Below are positions 56,199 through 64,000 of a DNA stretch of 64,000 nt, one piece after another (position 1 is the first letter of the stretch; each line of letters opens with the position of its first letter). The position numbers and the translations under genes are program-made. The DNA comes from Terriglobia bacterium (GTDB lineage: Bacteria; Acidobacteriota; Terriglobia; JAJPHL01; JAPKYU01): NCBI GenBank assembly GCA_965206645.1, contig CBDBKE010000004.1:1248001-1312000 (forward strand). Reading direction: 5' to 3'. Below the pieces are notes generated by a model, which was not told where the DNA came from, did no database searches, and was given only the letters and a program-made list of their open reading frames with translations.

Positions 56199-56684
56199 AT
56201 GTCCAAACCGACGCATTGGGACAAACAGGGGCGGGCGCGCATGGTCGACGTCAGCAACAAGCCCGCCTCCCGCCGCCAGGCGCGTGCCCGCGCCTTCCTG
56301 CGCATCTCCCCGCAGGCGCTGCGCCGCCTGCCAGAGAACCCCAAGGGTCACCCGCTGGAGGTCGCTCGCATTGCGGGAATCACAGCCGCCAAGCGGACCG
56401 CCGAGCTGATTCCTCTGTGCCACCCGCTGCCGCTGACCCACATTGATGTGGAGGCGCGCGTGTGCGACAATGGCGTCGAGTTGCTGTCGGTCGTCAGCAC
56501 CACCGGAGGCACCGGAGTGGAGATGGAGGCGCTGACCGCGGTGGCCGTCGCTGCCCTGACCGTCTACGATATGTGCAAAGCGCTGGATCGCTCGATGGAA
56601 ATCACCTCCGTCTGCCTGCTGGAGAAGAGCGGCGGCCGCAGCGGCACCTACCGTAGGGAAGGCCGGAGGAAACGGTGGCCGTAA
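56199..56684 (+). CDS. moaC: Cyclic pyranopterin monophosphate synthase
   Basis: MVDVS.K, LIPLCH, GVEMEAL, YDMCK, KSGG. Confidence 0.96.
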   Translation: MSKPTHWDKQGRARMVDVSNKPASRRQARARAFLRISPQALRRLPENPKGHPLEVARIAGITAAKRTAELIPLCHPLPLTHIDVEARVCDNGVELLSVVSTTGGTGVEMEALTAVAVAALTVYDMCKALDRSMEITSVCLLEKSGGRSGTYRREGRRKRWP

Positions 56685-57400
56685 GGATCCTACTGGTGGA
56701 CGACAACGCACTGGTGCTGGACTTGATGCGCCGAGGTCTGGAAGCCCATGGGCAAGTAGAGGCTTTGAGCGACGGGACCGACGCACTGCTGAAGGCGCTG
56801 GAGTCGCCTCCGGACCTGATCATCAGCGACTACCGCATGGGCGGGCTGGACGGTCGCCAACTGCTGGAGAAACTGCGCGCCAAGCCACAAACCCAGAAAG
56901 TGCCAGTGGTCCTGCTGGCCACCAAGTCGGATGTGGATGAAAGACTGCAAGGGATTTCCGACCAGGTGGAGGACTTCTTCATCAAGCCCTTCTTCGTGCG
57001 CGACCTAACCAAGCGCGCCAAGCGGATTATTGACCGCATCCATCTGGAAAAGATACAGCGCGAGTCGGCCGCGCCCGGCGGCGGCTTCGCCGGCCGGCTA
57101 TCCGAGATGGGCATCATGGACCTGTTCCAGACCCTGGAAATGGGACAGAAAACCTGTGCCCTGTCCGTCACCGGCCCCGACGACCGGCAGACGGCGATGA
57201 TTTACTTCGCTGACGGACAAGTCCACCACGCGCTAATGAACGACGTTAAGGGCGATGCCGTCATCAATCACATCGTGCACTGAAACGACGGCAGCTTCCA
57301 ACTGGACTTCAACGCGCGCAGCAGCGAGCGGAGCACAACCACCGGCACGCAGAGCCTGCTGATGAAAGCTCTGCGCCTGATGGACGAAGAGAGCATGTGA
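56675..57400 (+). pseudogene. Response regulator (REC plus DUF4388) with in-frame TGA at 57281..57283
   Basis: LVDD, ISD..M, KP; the frame continues past TGA as NDGSF..F...SLLMKALRLMDE to a stop at 57400, next to the moaB start. Confidence 0.82.
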
Positions 57401-57401
57401 G

Positions 57402-57878
57402 GTGCGCGCAGCCGTCCTGACTGTCAGCGATTCCTGCTACCGGGGCGAACGGCCCGACCGCTCGGGTCCCGAAGTGGCCGAGCGCCTTCGCGCGCTGGGT
57501 TGGGAGGTACTGGCGCAGGGCATTGTGCCGGACGAGTCCGACGCCATTCTGCTGGCCCTGCAACAGTGGGCTACCCGCGACGACCTGGACGCCATCTTCA
57601 CCGCCGGCGGCACCGGCGTCGCTCCGCGCGATGTAACCCCGGAGGCCACCCGCGCGGTCATCGAGCGCGAGGTGCCCGGGCTGGCCGAGTTGATGCGGGC
57701 GGAAGGGGTGAAGAACACCCGCCGTGCGGCCCTCTCCCGCGCCGTGGCCGGAACCTGCGGCGACAAGCTGATTCTGAACCTGCCCGGCAACCCGCGCGGG
57801 GCCGTCGAATCTCTGGACGCGGTGGCCGATCTGCTGCCCCACGTGCTGGAACTGCTCCGCGGCGACTCCCCGCATTGA
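57402..57878 (+). CDS. moaB: Molybdopterin adenylyltransferase MoaB/Mog
   Basis: LTVSD, DRSG, VPD, GGTG..PRDVTPEAT, NLPGNP. Confidence 0.9.
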   Translation: MRAAVLTVSDSCYRGERPDRSGPEVAERLRALGWEVLAQGIVPDESDAILLALQQWATRDDLDAIFTAGGTGVAPRDVTPEATRAVIEREVPGLAELMRAEGVKNTRRAALSRAVAGTCGDKLILNLPGNPRGAVESLDAVADLLPHVLELLRGDSPH

Positions 57879-57913
57879 GGACCTGCACCATTCTGCGAAC
57901 AAGAGCGCAAGTG

Positions 57914-58975
57914 ATGGACCCCTGGTGGCAACGAATCGCTGTAGGCCTCATCCTTGTCCTGGCGCTTCCCCTGGCGGCTGAGCAGACGGAGCTTCCCTGG
58001 CCGACCGGCCTGCGCAAGAAGGAAGCCCTGACCGGCCACATCGCTGCCATTGACAAGGACCAGATGCTGGTCCGCTCGCTGGATTTCGGCGACGTGCTGT
58101 TCTGGGTGGACCAGCGCACAGTGGTCCGCGTGGATAAGTTCCGGTTGACCTTGGAGGACCTTCGGGTAGGTGATCCGGTCGCTGTCCGCCTGAAGAAGAT
58201 CAAGAAGCGCGGCCCCTATGCCAAGGAAATCCTGCCCCACCCGGACGTGCGAGAGCGCAAGCTGCGCGGTGGGACTGAGGCGCCCGAGCTGCCGGCGGTG
58301 GGCGGGCACGGCGGCTATATCCCGCCAGAAGGTTCTACACTGCCGACGGAAGCACCGCCTGTAACAGGCGCCACTGGAGAACCAGCTTCGGTGGACCCTG
58401 CACCATCGTTCCCCACACTGCCCGCGGGCGCGCCCGGTGTGGTCGGCAGCGTGGTCGCCGTAGCTGCTGACTCGCTGGAGGTGCGGGACACCGAGGACCA
58501 ACCGCAGAAGGTGCTGTTGACCGGCATCACCCTCATCAAGCGTGCCGGCAGTGACACCATTCTGCGCGCGGTCGAGCCCGGCGACCGCGTGGCCATCGTC
58601 GGCGACCGGCTGGACACCGGCGAGTGGATTGCCCGCGAAGTGTTGGTGCAAAGGTCAAAGACCCCTGAGACTGCGCATCGAGAGGGGCGACCCGCCAGAG
58701 ACGCAGAAGAAGATTCCCCGGGCGGGATGGCCCGACTCTCCGGAGTCATCGTCGCGTTGGACGCCACCCCAGGCAACGAACAGATCCGGCTCCGCACCGA
58801 AAAAGGTGAACGCAGAGTACTGCTCACTGGCGGCACCGCAGTGCGCCGGATGGGCACCCGTAGCAGCCTGATCGCGTTGAAAGTCGGAGATGAGGTCAGC
58901 GTGGAGGGTGATGTGCTGCAAGAGGGGCTGGTGGTAGCCCGAGAAGTCACCGTCACCAAGCTCGCCGGCTCCTAG
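57914..58975 (+). CDS. Exported protein with three OB-fold (DUF5666-like) repeats
   Basis: Signal peptide; repeated L.VGD.V.V motifs, Pro-rich linker. Confidence 0.7.
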   Translation: MDPWWQRIAVGLILVLALPLAAEQTELPWPTGLRKKEALTGHIAAIDKDQMLVRSLDFGDVLFWVDQRTVVRVDKFRLTLEDLRVGDPVAVRLKKIKKRGPYAKEILPHPDVRERKLRGGTEAPELPAVGGHGGYIPPEGSTLPTEAPPVTGATGEPASVDPAPSFPTLPAGAPGVVGSVVAVAADSLEVRDTEDQPQKVLLTGITLIKRAGSDTILRAVEPGDRVAIVGDRLDTGEWIAREVLVQRSKTPETAHREGRPARDAEEDSPGGMARLSGVIVALDATPGNEQIRLRTEKGERRVLLTGGTAVRRMGTRSSLIALKVGDEVSVEGDVLQEGLVVAREVTVTKLAGS

Positions 58976-59051
58976 TAATTGGAACGAATCGGCTCCCAGC
59001 TTAGGCGCCTCAGAGTGGCTCTGCGAACTAGTCTGGAGATACAATAGTTGT

Positions 59052-59465
59052 ATGGCCGGCACAGGAACTCCCAGTGACCGCTACGACGCGGAACTGGTGG
59101 GGCGCCTAGCACGCGCACGGCAACAGGCGGCCGAAAGGCACCCGGAGGGGCTCTATGAGGAAGCCGTCGAATCCCTCCAACACCCCGACGCCGCGGTTCG
59201 TCAGGAAGCTGTAGTCTTCCTGGGACGTCATCTCCGCAAGCGCGATGATGCCCAGGTGTTGCTGGAGATGGTGGCGGCGGATCCCAGCCCCGAGGTGCGC
59301 AAGTTGTCGGCCCAATGCCTGGGGGGAATCTTTCGCAGCACTCGCAACCGCCAAGTGAATCAGGTGCTGGCGGAAGCGGCAAAAAACCCGGATGAGGATG
59401 CCGCGGTGCGCGCCATGGCATACGCTGCAATCCGGCGCATCAATGGCTTACTGAGCGGCTACTGA
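59052..59465 (+). CDS. HEAT-repeat protein
   Basis: PDAAVRQEA, DPSPEVRK, DEDAAVRA repeats. Confidence 0.8.
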   Translation: MAGTGTPSDRYDAELVGRLARARQQAAERHPEGLYEEAVESLQHPDAAVRQEAVVFLGRHLRKRDDAQVLLEMVAADPSPEVRKLSAQCLGGIFRSTRNRQVNQVLAEAAKNPDEDAAVRAMAYAAIRRINGLLSGY

Positions 59466-59482
59466 GCGGCTCCTGAGCGGCC
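59451..59482 (+). repeat. Three 11-bp tandem repeats (CTGAGCGGCT) across a stop codon
   Basis: Units start at 59451, 59462, 59473. Confidence 0.8.
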
Positions 59483-59587
59483 TCAACATTTTTTGCCTCC
59501 ACCTTCTGGAATGTTGATGATTGACTGCCAGTAGCGTTGCCACTTCGCCGTGCCAGACTGACGGCGAATCGATGACCGCCGACGCCA

Positions 59588-59616
59588 TTGACAAGCCCGG
59601 AGGCGCTCCTGATAAT
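59588..59616 (+). promoter_or_regulatory. Sigma70 promoter for HU gene
   Basis: TTGACA-17 bp-GATAAT followed by an AGGAGG RBS. Confidence 0.75.
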
Positions 59617-59642
59617 GAAAGATCCCGAGAGGAGGAACACGC

Positions 59643-59909
59643 GTGATCAAGCTCGACATCGTCAATGCGGTGGTAAACCGCACCGGGATCACTAAGACGA
59701 AGGCGGAGCAGGCCGTCGAAACCATATTCGAAAGCATGAAGAAGGCTTTGGAGCGCGGCAACCGGATCGAGTTACGTGGCTTTGGAGTCTTCAACGTGAA
59801 GCCGCGCAAAACAGGCATCGGGCGCAATCCCCGCACGGGCGACGTGGTCAACATCCCCCCGGGCAAGGCCGTTCGTTTCAAACCGGGCAAGGAGTTGCAG
59901 AGTCTCTAG
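59643..59909 (+). CDS. hup: HU/IHF DNA-binding protein
   Basis: IELRGFG.F, GRNPRTG, FKPGKEL. Confidence 0.93.
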   Translation: MIKLDIVNAVVNRTGITKTKAEQAVETIFESMKKALERGNRIELRGFGVFNVKPRKTGIGRNPRTGDVVNIPPGKAVRFKPGKELQSL

Positions 59910-59970
59910 TCCTGTTCGCGCGCGCCGTCCCCCACCCGGCGCCAAAGAGCGGCCCCCCCCCAGGCACGGC

Positions 59971-60927
59971 ATGAGCGATCATCCCTACCAGTGGCGTCCA
60001 CTCGGATATGAAGTCCCTCAATTTCGCGAAGTGACAGCAGCGCCACCGCAGCAGAGGCTGTGGCTGCACGTGTTGTTGTTTGGCCTGACGGTGCTGAGCA
60101 CACTGGCCGTGGGGGCGCACCTGGCTTTCAGCTACGCGAACAGGCAGCCGGCCTTTGATCTCCGCCACATCTGGAACCCCTTCACCGACTTGTGGGGCCA
60201 TCCCGAGCGTCTGCTGAACGGCTTCCCCTTCGCACTGACTCTGCTCGGCATACTGCTGGCTCACGAAATGGGGCACTACTTTGCCTGCCGCTATTACGGC
60301 ATCGCCGCGACCTATCCCTACTTCATTCCCGCGCCGACCATCTTTGGGACCATGGGCGCCTTCATTCGCATCCGCTCCCCGATCGTGAGCCGCCGCGCCC
60401 TGTTCGACATCGGCATCTCCGGGCCGCTGGTGGGTTTCTTCGTCGCGCTGCCGGTGCTGATCTTCGGGATCGCCGCCTCGCAGGTGGTTCCGGCAGTGGA
60501 GGCAACCGGGGCGGTGACCTTCGGCAATCCACCGCTGGTCACCCTGCTGGAAAAGCTGCTCCACCCGCACGTTGCCGAGCAGCACCTGTACTTGCACCCG
60601 GTGGCGCGCGCTGCCTGGGTGGGTCTGTTTGCCACCGCCCTAAACCTGCTGCCCATCGGCCAACTGGACGGCGGTCACATTCTGTATGCTCTGGTCGGGG
60701 AGAGACACCGCTTATATTCGCGCCTGTTCGTGCTGGCGCTGATCCCGCTCGGCTACCTCTACTGGTCCGGATGGTTGCTGTGGTCGGTGCTTTTATTGTT
60801 CCTGGGAACGCGCCACCCGGCGATCTTCGACCCGGTGCCTCTGGACCGCCGCCGCCGCTGGCTCTGCGCAGTTGCCCTGGTGGTTTTTCTGTTGTGCTTC
60901 ACCCCCAGCCCCCTTGTCGCCCGGTAA
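59971..60927 (+). CDS. Site-2 (M50) membrane metalloprotease
   Basis: HEMGH, GTMGAFI, GPLVG, NLLPIGQLDGGH. Confidence 0.93.
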   Translation: MSDHPYQWRPLGYEVPQFREVTAAPPQQRLWLHVLLFGLTVLSTLAVGAHLAFSYANRQPAFDLRHIWNPFTDLWGHPERLLNGFPFALTLLGILLAHEMGHYFACRYYGIAATYPYFIPAPTIFGTMGAFIRIRSPIVSRRALFDIGISGPLVGFFVALPVLIFGIAASQVVPAVEATGAVTFGNPPLVTLLEKLLHPHVAEQHLYLHPVARAAWVGLFATALNLLPIGQLDGGHILYALVGERHRLYSRLFVLALIPLGYLYWSGWLLWSVLLLFLGTRHPAIFDPVPLDRRRRWLCAVALVVFLLCFTPSPLVAR

Positions 60928-61048
60928 CGGCTGGTTCACTAAGTCTCTTAGAGGCCCATGGAACTCTTTCGGTAGGTAAAGTTTGGAACCCGGTCTGAAC
61001 TCCACTCCGCACCCCGGCCTTTGATTCCGAGCGGGTTGCGGCCGGATG

Positions 61049-63490
61049 CTACAGCAAGGTCAGCGGGTCCACGTCGACGACCATGGCGGTCGGGGGAAGC
61101 TGCTGGGCGCGGGCAAACGAGCGGCAATCTTCGAGCAAGCTGTGCAGGGTGCTGCGGCGCTGGGATTTCACCAGGAACTGGTAGCGGTACTCCTGTTTCA
61201 GCCGGGCCAGCGGTGCGGCTGCCGGTCCCAACACGCGCACTCCAGACCATTTGCCTTCCCCCAGGCGCTTGGCCAGCCCGCCGCTCCACTTCACCGCCAG
61301 CTCCAGCTTTGGGCTGCGTATCAGGATGTTGGCCAGTGCGGAGAACGGCGGGTAATGCATCACCCGGCGGAATTGCAGCTCCTTCTGGTAGAAGGCGGCG
61401 TAGTCCTGGGCAGCGGCACAGCGGATGGCGTAATGCTCGGGGAAATAGGTTTGGATGACGACAGCCCCGGGCAGCTCGCCGCGCCCGGCCCGTCCGGCCA
61501 CTTGGGTGAGCAACTGGAAGGTGCGCTCAGCGGCCCGGAAATCCGGCAACCCCAGGGCCACGTCGGCCGAGACCACCCCCACTAGCGTCACACGGTGGAT
61601 GTCGTGTCCCTTGGCAATCATCTGCGTGCCCACCAGGATGTCGTAGCGGCCGTCGCGAAACTCAGCAAGGATGCGCTCGGACTGGCGCCGGCCACGGGCG
61701 GTGTCGCGGTCCAGGCGGACCACGCGGGCGCCGGAGAAGCGCTCGGCCACCAGCGCTTCAATCTTCTCCGAGCCCTCGCCCAAGAAGTAGACATGTTCGC
61801 TCGAGCACTGAGGGCAAACTTTGGGCACCGCCGTCCAGTAGTCGCAGTAGTGGCACAGCAGGCGGTTTTCCCGACGGTGGTAGGTAAGCGCAATACTGCA
61901 TTGGGTGCATTGCGCCGCCTGGCCACAGGAGCGACACAGCGCTACGGCCGCGTAGCCGCGCCGGTTCAGCAGCAGGATGACCTGCTGGCGGGCCTCGAGC
62001 CGCTGCCGGATTTGCTCCTCGAGTGCGCGCGAGAACACTTCGACCTTCCTGCGCTCCTGGAACTCGCCGCGCATGTCCACTACCTGCACTTCGGCCAGGG
62101 GCCGGCCTCCGACGCGCTCATCTAATTCCAGCAGGCGAAACTTGCCGCTGGCGGCGTTGTAGCGGGATTCCAGGCTGGGGGTAGCCGAGCCCAGCAGCGC
62201 TACCGCCTCCGCATCGCGCGCGCGCACCAGCGCTACATCCCGCCCGTTGTACCGCGGCGTCTCCTCCTGCTTGTAGCTGAGGTCCTGCTCCTCGTCCACG
62301 ATGATGATCGCGGGCCGTTCCAGAGGGGAAAACACGGCCGAGCGCGTGCCGACCACTACCGGCGCTTCCCCCCGGTGAACGCGGCGCCATTCGTGGCTGC
62401 GCTCGCGGCCACCGAAAGCGCTATGCAGGATAGCTACTCCGTCGCCGAACCGGGACCGGAACTGCTCGGCCATCGCCGGGGTGAGGGCGATTTCGGGAAC
62501 CAGCATCAGCGCCCTGCCCCCACGGCGGACCACATCGCCGATAGCCTCCAGATAAACTTCGGTCTTCCCGCTGCCGGTCACCCCATGGAGCAATGTGGCG
62601 GCGAAGCGGCGGCGCTCCAACAGCTCACGAATAGCCTCCAGGGCTGCCTTCTGCCGCGGATTCAGAACGTGGGCACTGGGCTGAACGGTCACAAGAGTGG
62701 AGGTAGCAGTTGCCCTTGGGAGAGGCAGAAACGATAGCAAGCCTCGTTCGGCCATGCGGCGGAGCAGGACCGCAGGTACACGAGCCCGAGCGGCCAGCTC
62801 GGCCGCCGGCACTGGCCCGCCGGTCGAGATCAATAGCTGCACCACGCGCTGCTCGCGTTTACCGCTAGGTATTGCCGGGTCGCGTGCCGCCTCGGGACTG
62901 GCCGGCAGCGCCACCAGCTTATTCTGCCGCTCCGCGCGGGTGCGCGCTTCCGAAACACGCTCAACCACCCCATCTCGCTCCAGCTTGCGCAGGTCGGCTT
63001 CGGTCAGGCCAAAGCGACGGCGCAGGGAGGCTTCCGGCAACGCTCGCTCGCGCAATGCATCCGCCACCCGGGAAACAAAGCTGTGGCCTGCGGCTGTCAA
63101 CCGGACGAGGCGACGCGTCTCCACCTCCACACCAAGTGGAAGCATCGCCCGGAAAACTTCTCCCTCAGGAGCCAGGTAGTAGTCCGCCACCCACCTGCCC
63201 AAGCGCAGTAGCTCCGGGCTGAGCACGGGCGAGGAATCCAGCACGCGCTCGACCTCTTTGAGCTGATCTGGTTTGAGCCGCGCTGATTTGAGTCGCTGCG
63301 GCGTGCGCCCGTCGGCGAGTGAACGCTGGGGTGCCTCCGTCACCACCCCGGTGAGCTTGCGAGCGCCCAACGGCACAATGACCCGCACGCCGGGAACCAC
63401 CTGCGACTCGAGCGATTGGGGAACCCGATAGGTGAAGGACCCTTCCAATGGGACCGGGACGGCGACCTGGCACACTCTGGAGGACCGCAT
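61049..63490 (-). CDS. priA: Primosomal protein N'
   Basis: GVTGSGKT, PEIALT, GTRSA, SATPS, NRRG, four CxxC, GTQMIAKG, QVAGRAGR. Confidence 0.97.
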   Translation of the reverse strand: MRSSRVCQVAVPVPLEGSFTYRVPQSLESQVVPGVRVIVPLGARKLTGVVTEAPQRSLADGRTPQRLKSARLKPDQLKEVERVLDSSPVLSPELLRLGRWVADYYLAPEGEVFRAMLPLGVEVETRRLVRLTAAGHSFVSRVADALRERALPEASLRRRFGLTEADLRKLERDGVVERVSEARTRAERQNKLVALPASPEAARDPAIPSGKREQRVVQLLISTGGPVPAAELAARARVPAVLLRRMAERGLLSFLPLPRATATSTLVTVQPSAHVLNPRQKAALEAIRELLERRRFAATLLHGVTGSGKTEVYLEAIGDVVRRGGRALMLVPEIALTPAMAEQFRSRFGDGVAILHSAFGGRERSHEWRRVHRGEAPVVVGTRSAVFSPLERPAIIIVDEEQDLSYKQEETPRYNGRDVALVRARDAEAVALLGSATPSLESRYNAASGKFRLLELDERVGGRPLAEVQVVDMRGEFQERRKVEVFSRALEEQIRQRLEARQQVILLLNRRGYAAVALCRSCGQAAQCTQCSIALTYHRRENRLLCHYCDYWTAVPKVCPQCSSEHVYFLGEGSEKIEALVAERFSGARVVRLDRDTARGRRQSERILAEFRDGRYDILVGTQMIAKGHDIHRVTLVGVVSADVALGLPDFRAAERTFQLLTQVAGRAGRGELPGAVVIQTYFPEHYAIRCAAAQDYAAFYQKELQFRRVMHYPPFSALANILIRSPKLELAVKWSGGLAKRLGEGKWSGVRVLGPAAAPLARLKQEYRYQFLVKSQRRSTLHSLLEDCRSFARAQQLPPTAMVVDVDPLTLL

Positions 63491-63664
63491 AGAACAAATT
63501 GATAATTTAGAAGGGAAAACGCAAACAACACAAGGTTGCTATTCTCATAGCTTATAGGGAATTAACAAAAACTGTCACCGACCTCCGGTTCTGTTGAGCT
63601 TGTGCAACGTTCCGTGCCGAAGGAAAGGCGTGAACGAATTGATGAAGAATTAATCAACACGGCA

Positions 63665-64000
63665 TCAACGCTTGCCATACAGGAAGCGCAGCAAGGTCTG
63701 CATGTCGTCCCAGGCCTCACGTTTCTTCGAAGGATCACGCAACAGGTAGGCGGGGTGGTAGGTGACCAACAGCTGAGCGCCGCGATACTCAAACCAGCGA
63801 CCCCGCAGCCGGGCCATGGACTCGTTATTGTTCAACAGGAAACGGACGGCAGTGGCGCCCAGGGCTACGATCGCCCGGGGCCGGATGGCGTCCAGTTGCC
63901 GCAGCAGGAACGGCGAGCAGGTTTCCACCTCCTCCCTCTCGGGCGTTCGGTTGTTGGGGGGGCGGCACTTGATGATGTTGCAGATGTAGGTGTGCTCGCG
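63665..64000 (-). CDS. Family-4 uracil-DNA glycosylase (partial, runs off window end)
   Basis: NIIKCRPP.NR.P, LG..A, TYHPAYLLR. Confidence 0.9.
   Translation of the reverse strand, partial: REHTYICNIIKCRPPNNRTPEREEVETCSPFLLRQLDAIRPRAIVALGATAVRFLLNNNESMARLRGRWFEYRGAQLLVTYHPAYLLRDPSKKREAWDDMQTLLRFLYGKR

Overview
64-kb window from a GC-rich bacterium, most likely Acidobacteriota (inferred from Solibacter-type C-terminal-domain surface proteins, the acidobacterial PilZ type and the gene order). The left half (1-31.3 kb) is an accessory mosaic bracketed by two same-orientation IS1380 copies that end 125 bp from the 3' end of tRNA-Leu(TAG). It contains a sialidase/SSS/aldolase/aminotransferase/SDR/sulfatase catabolic cluster, a decayed phage-like regulatory module, two degenerate tRNA-Glu 3' halves (att-like scars), a broken IS30, and a large surface-protein gene whose C-terminal 225 bp is cleanly inverted between 7-bp inverted repeats. 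The right half is mostly core genes: rho, rfaE1, a fused 2-oxoacid dehydrogenase E1, sppA, an MrfAB-like helicase/exonuclease pair, bactofilin, purA, moeA-moaC-moaB/mog, HU, an M50 protease, priA and UDG. It is interrupted by a nested IS3/IS1380 scar and by a second, oppositely oriented paralog of the surface protein, which is broken at a C8 tract and a CAG>TAG stop. The best novelty candidates are (i) this paralog pair (variable N-terminus, near-identical C-terminal block, potentially reversible OFF lesions) and (ii) a nonulosonate-like catabolic route with no NanK/NanE/NagA genes in the window. Premature stops, frameshifts and short tandem duplications point to ongoing gene decay or assembly error. 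All family calls come from motif recognition, with no database searches.
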